24,000 nucleotides of DNA, from assembly GCA_019232795.1 (NCBI GenBank), contig JAFANH010000028.1, positions 45,991 to 69,990 of the forward strand. Reading direction: 5' to 3'. Origin of the DNA: Burkholderiaceae bacterium (GTDB lineage Bacteria > Pseudomonadota > Gammaproteobacteria > Burkholderiales > Burkholderiaceae_D). The notes under the pieces are model-generated. The model saw only the letters and a program-made list of their open reading frames with translations, was not told where the DNA came from and made no database searches. The position numbers and the translations under genes were made by a program. How positions within the stretch are numbered: the first letter of the stretch is position 1; each line of letters starts with the position of its first letter. Below, piece by piece: positions 15,209 through 22,484 of the stretch.

Positions 15209-17281
15209 ATGCATCCACATAGCCGAATTCTCATTCGATTGGGCGCAGACTGCGCGCGCAAGTTTTCTGCCTCCCTGCTCATGGCGCTTTATGCGAGCCT
15301 GCCGGCCACCGCGCTTGCGGACGCTGCACGCAATGACCGCCTGGAGTTCGAAGTCGACCAGGGCCGCAGCATCAATCGCTTCATTCGTGACGGCAAGGTG
15401 TCGGCGCATGTGCTGCTACGGTCCGGCCTGGACCCACGTGTCGTGGTTGCCTTCCCGGCCGGGAACAGCGGAACCGGCCTCTGGTTCGCACACCTGAACA
15501 AGGCTGCGGTGTGGCATGTTCGAACCAAACCAGAGGCAATCACATTGAACGACGCCAAGCAACGGCCGCTGTACGGCATCGTCACCGAAGCGGTCATCGA
15601 TGCTCCGGAATTGACAGTCAAGCAGGCGATTCTCTCCAGCGTGCGCGTGCTGCGCGATCCGAATGCAGCGGTCGATGTCGACGCGCAGGTGAGCGGCGAT
15701 GCGCTCGAGTGGGCACGCGACCGGCTCGACGGCGCCGCTGGTTACTTCCTGCGCGTACAGGTGACGAGCGGCAGCCTGAAGGAGGGCCGCTTCCTTGCCG
15801 GCAGAAACGGTGCGATAGCGCTCAAGATCACAGCGGCAAGCGGTGAAACGCCGCTCAAGGGCTTGCCGGAGCAAGCGCTGCTCAACCAGGATGCCGTGGC
15901 GATTCCCCGTGCGCGCAAAGCCCTGAGCTTCCTCAGCTATGAAGAGAAATTCCTTGCGGGCTCGTGGCGCTACAACACCTACTTCGGGCGCGACACGCTC
16001 ATGTCGGTGTGCCTGTTGATGCCGGCGCTGCAACCGGCCGCCGTGGACGCCGGGCTGGGATCGGTCTTGGCGCGCCTGTCGCCCGCCGGCGATGTGGCGC
16101 ACGAGGAAGACATCGGCGAAATGGCCATCCTCGATCACCGGCAGCGCGACGGCACGCTCTCGGATGCTCCGACCTTCGATTACGCAATGGTCGATGAAAC
16201 CTTCATGCTGGCGCCAGTCGCCGCGGCCTGGCTACTGGACGATGCGCGCGGGCGCGAACGCGCGGCAACCTTCCTGGCGCGCAACGACATGCGCGCCAAT
16301 GGGACGACTTATCCTCTCGGCGTCGACCTGGTGGCAAACCTGAAAAACGTCGTCACCCAGGCCGCCGCGTTTGCCGCTGCCCCGCAAGCCGGCAATCTCA
16401 TCGCCCTGAAACCCGATCGAAAAGCCGGGCAATGGCGCGATACCGACGAAGGGCTGGGCTTCGGCCGCTACCCCTATGACGTTAATGCCATCCTGGTTCC
16501 CGCAGCACTGGAAGCGGCGAACCGCTTCTTTGCGAGCGGCTTGCTGGATCCTTACATCACCGCCGACGATCGCGCCTTGTTCGCGCAGGCGGAAGCGGCA
16601 GCTCGCGTTTGGCGGGCGCGAGCGCCAGCAATGTTTGCGGTACATATACCCAACAGCACCGCACGCGAACGCTTCCGCACTTACGCGGCAGCAGTCGGCG
16701 TGCCGCCGCAACCGGCATTGAAAGCGATCGGCAAGCATGCGCTGCAATTCCATGCACTATCGCTGGACGCTGCGGCATTGCCGGTACCCGTCATGCACTC
16801 CGACGACACCTATGCGCTGATGTTCGCGACACCCGCTCCCGAGGAACTGGATGCCATGGTGTCAGCCATGCGCCGCCCGTTTCCGGCTGGCCTCATGACC
16901 GGCGCCGGCATGGTCGTCGCCAATCCCGCATTTGCATCGGCAACGCTGCAGAACGCACTCGGTCCGAAGGCTTACCATGGCGCGGTCGTCTGGTCATGGC
17001 AGCAAGCATTGTTCGCCGCCGGCATTGCGCGGCAACTGCAGCGAACCGACCTGCCGCGCAGCGTACGGCAAACTTTACTCCACGCGCAGCGGGACCTTTG
17101 GGCCACCATCCAGAAAAATCAGGCCATGAACAATTTGGAGCTTTGGGGATGGCGCTATCGCGATGAAGGTTACGAAGCCATCCCGTTCGGCACCGGCGGC
17201 TCGGATGCGGACGAGTCGAACGCGGCGCAATTGTGGAGCACGGTGTATTTGGCGGTTCATCCACCGGCGTTGCGGCATTGA
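15209..17281 (+). CDS. Secreted glycoside hydrolase, amylo-alpha-1,6-glucosidase (GDE_C)-like (alpha/alpha)6 barrel
   Basis: ATG at 15209, 8 nt after the upstream stop, with GAGGGA upstream. Signal peptide ...LLMALYASLPATALA|DA. Motifs FLAGSWRYNTYFGRDTLMS and YHGAVVWSWQQALFAAGIARQL match the glycogen-debranching C-terminal family pattern (FGRD..., YHNG.VW.W). Confidence 0.7.
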   Translation: MHPHSRILIRLGADCARKFSASLLMALYASLPATALADAARNDRLEFEVDQGRSINRFIRDGKVSAHVLLRSGLDPRVVVAFPAGNSGTGLWFAHLNKAAVWHVRTKPEAITLNDAKQRPLYGIVTEAVIDAPELTVKQAILSSVRVLRDPNAAVDVDAQVSGDALEWARDRLDGAAGYFLRVQVTSGSLKEGRFLAGRNGAIALKITAASGETPLKGLPEQALLNQDAVAIPRARKALSFLSYEEKFLAGSWRYNTYFGRDTLMSVCLLMPALQPAAVDAGLGSVLARLSPAGDVAHEEDIGEMAILDHRQRDGTLSDAPTFDYAMVDETFMLAPVAAAWLLDDARGRERAATFLARNDMRANGTTYPLGVDLVANLKNVVTQAAAFAAAPQAGNLIALKPDRKAGQWRDTDEGLGFGRYPYDVNAILVPAALEAANRFFASGLLDPYITADDRALFAQAEAAARVWRARAPAMFAVHIPNSTARERFRTYAAAVGVPPQPALKAIGKHALQFHALSLDAAALPVPVMHSDDTYALMFATPAPEELDAMVSAMRRPFPAGLMTGAGMVVANPAFASATLQNALGPKAYHGAVVWSWQQALFAAGIARQLQRTDLPRSVRQTLLHAQRDLWATIQKNQAMNNLELWGWRYRDEGYEAIPFGTGGSDADESNAAQLWSTVYLAVHPPALRH

Positions 17282-17289
17282 GGTGCCTG

Positions 17290-17310
17290 TGGTCGTAGGT
17301 TCACGACTCA
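17290..17310 (+). repeat. Remnant of a tRNA-Lys 3' half (putative distal att site)
   Basis: TGGTCGTAGGTTC (17290-17302) is identical to tRNA nt 44-56 (12970-12982). The following ACGACTC+A is 6/7 identical to the perfect complement (ACGACCC) of the tRNA 5' acceptor strand, plus the discriminator A. Nine nt of the T-loop and 3' T-stem are missing. Confidence 0.4.
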
Positions 17311-18087
17311 AGCCGGATAGATGAGTCCCTGCTTGATTGCCTTGACTACTGCCTGCTGACGAGAGCCCACGCGTAATTTTCGTTTGATGTTCTTGACGTG
17401 AAAATTCACGTTCGATTCTGAGCAAATAAGGATTTTGCTTATCTCCCATGCAGTCTTGCCTAAGGCCAACCACTTCAGCAACTCATATTCACGCTTCGTC
17501 AAATGCACATCGTCAAGGCCGACATCAGCTTTCGCCAAAAACTGAATCGCGGATTCCTGTGCGTAATCACGCATAAGTGTGAGCTTCCCTAGGGACTGTG
17601 CATCGCCGGCGATCGCAAGATGGTCAGCCTCCGAAGACACGAAACTCATCACACCAAATTCTCCGGTCGCGCCGTGAATCGGGATGCAAATGCCGGAACG
17701 CAACCAATAGCTCCGCGCCTGTTCGTAGAATTCATTTTCCTGTTGGCTTTTGAAGATCGATGGCTGCCAGACGATGGGCAGACTACTATTGAGGCAATGC
17801 GCGACAGTTGGGTCTACGTAGTGCATTTTCTGCTCATCATAAGTCTGACGCCAACTCGCTGCGTAATTGCTACGCAAGAAAGCTGTTTCAAGCGGCACAG
17901 TCTTGTGCGGCACCATACCGAAAAGTACTTGCTCGAAGCCGAAATTTTTCGCTATTTCAATGAGCTTCGTACTCCAGTCGTCCGGATCATTACAACTCAA
18001 CAACTCGACCAAGTCGTCAATGTGCAGCATTTGATTGGCACAAAAAATGTGAACGAATTTCCACAATGAATGATTTACATGCTGCAT
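17308..18087 (-). CDS. LuxR family transcriptional regulator with N-terminal autoinducer-binding domain (LuxR solo)
   Basis: The autoinducer-binding signature NYAASWRQTYDEQKMHYVDPTVAHCLNSSLPIVW has TraR-type spacing, followed by SGICIPIHGATGEFGVMSF. C-terminal HTH LTKREYELLKWLALGKTAWEISKILICSESNVNFHVKNIKRKL. An alternative ATG at 18030 would remove 19 residues. Neither start has a clear Shine-Dalgarno. Confidence 0.9.
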   Translation of the reverse strand: MQHVNHSLWKFVHIFCANQMLHIDDLVELLSCNDPDDWSTKLIEIAKNFGFEQVLFGMVPHKTVPLETAFLRSNYAASWRQTYDEQKMHYVDPTVAHCLNSSLPIVWQPSIFKSQQENEFYEQARSYWLRSGICIPIHGATGEFGVMSFVSSEADHLAIAGDAQSLGKLTLMRDYAQESAIQFLAKADVGLDDVHLTKREYELLKWLALGKTAWEISKILICSESNVNFHVKNIKRKLRVGSRQQAVVKAIKQGLIYPA

Positions 18088-18401
18088 GCGGTGCTAGTTG
18101 CAAACCGCACGCCTCCATTTCTTAAAAACAACTTATCAAATTTCCTGTGCTTAACCCATGACATTTTCGGTCTACGCAAAAATATTGAACATGTAGTCTC
18201 AAGGCATTGAATTTGCCTCAACACAAAGCAGTCTTTCCTTACTTGGCTGTTTGAGTCGAAGTGCAATGATGGCTATCGGCGCATCAATTTCTGAAAAGAA
18301 ATACGCCGAGGCATCCCGGCAGAACCTTCCTATCAATACAGAACGCGAACTCAATACTCGCTGTCGAATATCCTTACAATCAATTCGGGCCACTCTTTAC
18401 A

Positions 18402-18430
18402 TTCAAGCCTAAGTCATTGAAATTTATAAT
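18402..18430 (+). promoter_or_regulatory. Putative sigma70 promoter for the PEP-CTERM operon
   Basis: TTCAAG (18402-07), 17-nt spacer, TATAAT (18425-30). A second TATAAT at 18435-40 belongs to a tandem ATTTATAAT decamer repeat. This is a sequence-only prediction. Confidence 0.3.
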
Positions 18431-18558
18431 CATTTATAATTTGGAATGATTTATGCTTAACTTGCTAACTAGAATAACGGCTGCGGCCGATCACACAATA
18501 TCTCGCTGTGAGCACTGAGCTTGCGGATGTGGCACGACTGGTCGAATGGGTGGAGAAG

Positions 18559-19512
18559 ATGATGAAAACCGGAAAATTTCCTGCCAAATCGGGCTGGCCT
18601 TCCTTGGCGGCAATGATATGCCTGGCCTTCGGTGCTCTTTCGAGCCAGCAGGCCTGCGCGACTACTCTTCCCTTGGGTGATGCAGGCAATTACGCGGTGT
18701 TGTTTGATGGCTTGGGAGCGAATAGCCTGAATGTCACGAACGTGGTCGTCAACGGCAACATAGGCGTGGCCGGCACCGGCAAAGTGGCTTTCAGCGGCCC
18801 CGGCAAGATGAATGGCAGTCTGAGCTTTTCCGCTGCGAATACAAGTCAGTACAGCAATACCAATCCCAGCAATGTCGGTCCGACTTCCGTGACGTATGGC
18901 AAGACGTCAGTGCAGACCGACATGAATACGCTCAACACACTGTCGTCGACGCTGGGTGGCGCGGCCGGCTCGGCCGTCAACCTGATCAACGGCAATCAAA
19001 CCATCAACGAATCGAGCGGTACCCTGTACAAGTCCGGCGGTGTCACCTATCGCGTTTTCACGGTCGGCAGCGTGAACGACCAGGCTGGGCAAACGCTGAC
19101 TATCAACGGCGATGGCTCGGGCGATCCTATCGTGTTCAATTTCACCAGCAGCGCCAATCTGCAGGGCGATGTGACACTGACAGGAGGCTTGGTTGCCGAC
19201 GATGTGCTGTGGAACTTCACAGGCGGCAGCGGCGGCACCGGTGGCCCGACGGCGTCATTGAACAACAATGCCTCCAGCTATTCGGCGCTTGCCTGGTATG
19301 GCGACATTCTCGATCCCAATGGCGCCATTTCGGTAGTGAACGCCAACCTCGACGGCCGTGTATTTGGCGGCGGCAGCAACAATATGCAGATCGTGTCGGG
19401 CGACACTATTACCGTACCCTTCTCGCATACGATTCCGGAACCGAGCACATTGGCGCTTGTTTGCGTGGCATTGTTCGGTTTGAGCTGCCAACGCAAAACC
19501 AGTCGCATCTAG
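18559..19512 (+). CDS. PEP-CTERM-anchored secreted beta-helix protein (ice-binding-like/DUF3494- or choice-of-anchor-A-like)
   Basis: GGAG at 18552-55 lies before ATG 18559/18562. Signal peptide ...ICLAFGALSSQQACA|TT. N-terminal LGDAGNYAVLF...VTNVVVNGNIGVAG. Repetitive G/N/T/S-rich strands follow (PIVFNFTSSANLQGDVTLTGGLVADDVLWNFTG; LDGRVFGG). The C-terminus IPEPSTLALVCVALFGLSCQRKTSRI reads as a PEP motif, a TM helix and a basic tail. Confidence 0.85.
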   Translation: MMKTGKFPAKSGWPSLAAMICLAFGALSSQQACATTLPLGDAGNYAVLFDGLGANSLNVTNVVVNGNIGVAGTGKVAFSGPGKMNGSLSFSAANTSQYSNTNPSNVGPTSVTYGKTSVQTDMNTLNTLSSTLGGAAGSAVNLINGNQTINESSGTLYKSGGVTYRVFTVGSVNDQAGQTLTINGDGSGDPIVFNFTSSANLQGDVTLTGGLVADDVLWNFTGGSGGTGGPTASLNNNASSYSALAWYGDILDPNGAISVVNANLDGRVFGGGSNNMQIVSGDTITVPFSHTIPEPSTLALVCVALFGLSCQRKTSRI

Positions 19513-19522
19513 CAATTCCAGA

Positions 19523-19984
19523 ATGCGAACACGATCCGGGAAATTTGCCCGACATGTCTCTGCAATTGCAATGTGCTTGGGCACATTGTGTTTTACCAAT
19601 TCCAGCTACGCCAGCGCCATTATCCTGATTTGCCGCATGGAGAATGGCGATCTGCATCGCATGACTTTCGACGAAAGAGCACGTTCCATCAATGGCCACC
19701 AGGAAGGCGATGGCGTGACCGATGACGGTTTCGGCAAGTTCATGGGGCAGGAAACCAACCGGTATCGCCGCTATCGTGTGTCGATATCGAATAAATCCAT
19801 TCAAGCTTACGATGGCATCGAAGACGTGATTGCCGGCGGAGCGCGCATCTATACTTCGTCAACCGACATCAACATCAATCGCGCAAACGGGGCTATCTTC
19901 ATGCGCGTACATGATGCCTTGCTCAACGGCATACAGGTCACTGAAGGACGCTGCCAGACCGATCAGGGGAAGAGCAGCTTTTAG
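19523..19984 (+). CDS. Hypothetical small secreted protein (unknown family)
   Basis: Starts 10 nt after the PEP-CTERM gene stop. Predicted signal peptide MRTRSGKFARHVSAIAMCLGTLCFTNSSYA|SA. The mature part of about 120 aa has two Cys residues and no motif I recognise. No clear Shine-Dalgarno. Confidence 0.55.
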   Translation: MRTRSGKFARHVSAIAMCLGTLCFTNSSYASAIILICRMENGDLHRMTFDERARSINGHQEGDGVTDDGFGKFMGQETNRYRRYRVSISNKSIQAYDGIEDVIAGGARIYTSSTDININRANGAIFMRVHDALLNGIQVTEGRCQTDQGKSSF

Positions 19985-20029
19985 CCTCTTGCAGCGAGCA
20001 AAAAACGCCTGCCGGGCCTGGGGAATTCC

Positions 20030-20848
20030 TTATTTGGCGATGGCCGACGCCGGCGGCAGCCACTTTTGATTCAAGCGCTGGATCGTTCCGTCTCGCTGCA
20101 TGGCCGCCAGAGCCGCATTCACGGCCGGCACCAGCGGTGAGCCTTTCTTGAATATGAATCCATAGTTCTCGCCCTGCAGCGGGCTGCCGACGACCTTGTA
20201 AGTATTCGGATACTGCTTGATGTAACCACCAGCGGCGGTTGCGTCAGACAACACCACGTCGATGTCGCCGGCGCGCAGGGCCTGCGCCGTGGCACCGAAA
20301 GTATCGAACAGCTTGATGCGCGGACTCGCTCCGGTTACGCCCAGCAAATCCTTGGCCGTCGAATAAAAACTGGTGGTGCCCGGCTGCGCTCCGGCCAGCA
20401 AATTCCTGTTGGCCCGAAACCCTGCCGCATCGTGGAAACGGGATTCATTCGCGCGCACCATCATGAATAGCTGCGCGGTCATGTAGGGAGCTGAAAAATC
20501 CACCTGGGCCTTGCGCTCGTCATTGATGGTGATGCCGTTCATGGCAATGTCGGCCTGACCGTCGCGCACCGACTGGATCATCGCATCCCAACTGCTGATG
20601 CGCCATTCGATTTTCAGATTCAGGCGCCGCCCGATTTCATTGACGGCATCGTACTCCCAGCCCACGCCCTTGCCGGTCTTGGGATCGAGGCTATCGAGCG
20701 GCGGAAAAGAATTTTCCGTAATCGCGACGATTTTGCGTCCGCCGAAGTCGGGCAAGGCCTGGCCGTGCGCATTCGCCACCGTTCCCGCAAACGCCATCAA
20801 CATGCAGGTGTTGCGAATCCACTTGCCGAATTTTTTACTCGTACCCAT
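20030..20848 (-). CDS. Amino acid ABC transporter substrate-binding protein (family 3 SBP)
   Basis: Signal peptide ...CMLMAFAGTVANAHG, then a polar-amino-acid SBP pattern (GWEYDAVNEIGRRLNLKIEW...WDAMIQSVRDGQADIAMNGITINDERKAQVDFSAPY). Confidence 0.9.
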   Translation of the reverse strand: MGTSKKFGKWIRNTCMLMAFAGTVANAHGQALPDFGGRKIVAITENSFPPLDSLDPKTGKGVGWEYDAVNEIGRRLNLKIEWRISSWDAMIQSVRDGQADIAMNGITINDERKAQVDFSAPYMTAQLFMMVRANESRFHDAAGFRANRNLLAGAQPGTTSFYSTAKDLLGVTGASPRIKLFDTFGATAQALRAGDIDVVLSDATAAGGYIKQYPNTYKVVGSPLQGENYGFIFKKGSPLVPAVNAALAAMQRDGTIQRLNQKWLPPASAIAK

Positions 20849-20929
20849 CTTTGTCTTGTCCTTCGCAAACGGTACGCGCGCGAGCCTGCATCAGCGCGGC
20901 GCGATATCCGAAATATCCATGAGCTTAAA

Positions 20930-21667
20930 TTAACCGCGGATCTGGCTGAGGAAGGCGCGTGCGCGTTGCGAAGTGCCGGTTCCACTGAAGAATTCGCCGG
21001 CTGCACAATCGTCGACGATCATGCCGCCGTCCATGAATACAATGCGGCTGGCTATGTCGCGCGCGAAAGACATTTCATGGGTGACACACAGCATGGTCAT
21101 GCCTTCCTTCGCAAGGTCCGTCATCACTTCCAGCACCTCGGCCACCATTTCCGGATCGAGCGATGAAGTCGGCTCGTCGAACAACATCACCTTGGGTTGC
21201 ATGCATAGCGCACGCGCTATCGCCACGCGCTGCTGCTGCCCGCCCGATAGCTGGCGCGGATACTTGTTGCGGTGGTCGAGCAAATGCACGCGGCCCAGGT
21301 AGTCGAGCGCGCGCGCTTCGGCTTCGGCGGCAGCGACGCCCGCTACTTTTTGCGGCGCCAGCGTGCAATTGTCGAGCACGGTGCGATGCTGGAACAGGTT
21401 GAACTGCTGGAACACCATGCCGACCTGGCTGCGCACAAGGTCATCGTCGCGCGCGTGTCCGGTCACAGGTAAGCCGCACACGCGCACGCTGCCTCCCTGG
21501 TGACGCTCGAGTCCGTTGATGGTGCGAATCAAGGTCGATTTGCCGGCGCCGGAAGGGCCGCAAATCACCAAGCGCTCGCCTTCGCTCACGGTCAGGCATA
21601 CGTCGCGCAGCACGCGCGTTGTGCCGTACCAATTCGATACCTGGTCGAGTTCGACGACGAAAGCCAT
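20930..21667 (-). CDS. Amino acid ABC transporter ATP-binding protein (GlnQ/HisP-like)
   Basis: Walker A GPSGAGKST, signature LSGGQQQRVAIARAL, Walker B VMLFDEPTSSLD, H-loop VTHEM. ATG at 21667 (GAGGA 8 nt upstream, 1 nt after the permease stop) is preferred to the ATG at 21682. Confidence 0.9.
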   Translation of the reverse strand: MAFVVELDQVSNWYGTTRVLRDVCLTVSEGERLVICGPSGAGKSTLIRTINGLERHQGGSVRVCGLPVTGHARDDDLVRSQVGMVFQQFNLFQHRTVLDNCTLAPQKVAGVAAAEAEARALDYLGRVHLLDHRNKYPRQLSGGQQQRVAIARALCMQPKVMLFDEPTSSLDPEMVAEVLEVMTDLAKEGMTMLCVTHEMSFARDIASRIVFMDGGMIVDDCAAGEFFSGTGTSQRARAFLSQIRG

Positions 21668-21668
21668 G

Positions 21669-22484
21669 TCAGCGGTCCTCATGCACGCGCAATCTGCGCT
21701 CGAAGCCGCGCAGCAACAGCGACAGGCCTATGGTCAGGGCCAGGTAAATCATGGCGACGATGCTGTAGGTTTCGAAAAACAGGAAAGAGCCGCCGGCATA
21801 CATCTTGGCCATTTGCGTGATGTCGGCCACACCCAGCACTGACACAAGGGCAGAATCCTTGATCATGGCGATGAAATCATTTCCCAGCGGAGGCAGAATG
21901 ATGCGGAAGGCGATCGGGAAGGTAATGTAGCGGAACACCTTGGTACGCGACATGCCGAGCGCCTTGGCCGCTTCAATCTGCCCATGATCGACCGCCTGCA
22001 AGCCGGCGCGGAACACTTCCGCCAGAAAGGCCGAATAGCTGATAGTGAGGGCGATGATGGCGCGCCAGGTCAGGCTGAAGTCGCGCACCTCGATCTGGTC
22101 TATCCAGCCCGCTTCGCGCGGCAACACCAGTAGGGCATTGGCCAGGCTGACCATGACCGGCGCGGCGACAAAGGCCATGTAAAACAGCAGCACCAGCACG
22201 GGGATGCCGCGTATCACTTCGCAATAGAAGCGCGCCGCCTGGCGCACCAGGTTGTTCGGCGCCTTGAACGCCAGGGCGACCAGCAAGCCAGTCAGCGTTG
22301 CCAGCGCAAACGCGATCGCCGTCACGTAAAGCGTTATCCAGACGCCTTCGCTGACGACGGACAAAATCTGCGCATACAGATCGTCGGACCAGATCTTGTA
22401 ACCCATCAGGGCAAACAAGAAGCCGAGCGCAGCCATCCACCAAGGGAAACCGCTCGCGTCGTCGCGTTTCGATAGGACTGTCAT
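21669..22484 (-). CDS. Amino acid ABC transporter permease (His/Glu/Gln/Arg/opine family)
   Basis: Multi-pass membrane protein with the EAA loop IEAAKALGMSRTKVFRYITFPIAFRIILPPLGN. GAGGA Shine-Dalgarno before the ATG at 22484. First gene of the permease-ATPase-SBP operon. Confidence 0.9.
   Translation of the reverse strand: MTVLSKRDDASGFPWWMAALGFLFALMGYKIWSDDLYAQILSVVSEGVWITLYVTAIAFALATLTGLLVALAFKAPNNLVRQAARFYCEVIRGIPVLVLLFYMAFVAAPVMVSLANALLVLPREAGWIDQIEVRDFSLTWRAIIALTISYSAFLAEVFRAGLQAVDHGQIEAAKALGMSRTKVFRYITFPIAFRIILPPLGNDFIAMIKDSALVSVLGVADITQMAKMYAGGSFLFFETYSIVAMIYLALTIGLSLLLRGFERRLRVHEDR

Noticed and set aside
13230-17264. Track ORFs antisense to the hydrolase genes (e.g. 13683..14705, 15416..16138, 16232..16753, 16893..17264)
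   Set aside because: The opposite strand carries long, motif-bearing, signal-peptide-led hydrolase frames. These antisense ORFs are R/A/G/H-rich with no identifiable domains.
18266-18412. 48-codon plus-strand ORF (MMAIGASISEKKYAEASRQNLPINTERELNTRCRISLQSIRATLYIQA) in the luxR / PEP-CTERM spacer; also track ORFs 18075..18266(-) and 18199..18393(-)
   Set aside because: No convincing Shine-Dalgarno, no signal or motif, and all lie in AT-rich non-coding-looking DNA. I cannot support them as genes (for example as a peptide signal or RiPP precursor) without conservation or expression data.
18508-18558. Upstream GTG extension of the PEP-CTERM ORF (MSTELADVARLVEWVEK)
   Set aside because: GGAG immediately precedes the ATG pair at 18559/18562, and the signal peptide starts there. 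The extension adds an acidic segment incompatible with an N-terminal signal.
18088-18558. Search for a canonical lux/tra/las box
   Set aside because: I inspected every CTG in the region. None is followed by CAG at N10 or forms a CT-N12-AG palindrome. The closest candidate (CTGTCGAATATCCTTACAAT, about 18362-18381) has very poor dyad symmetry.
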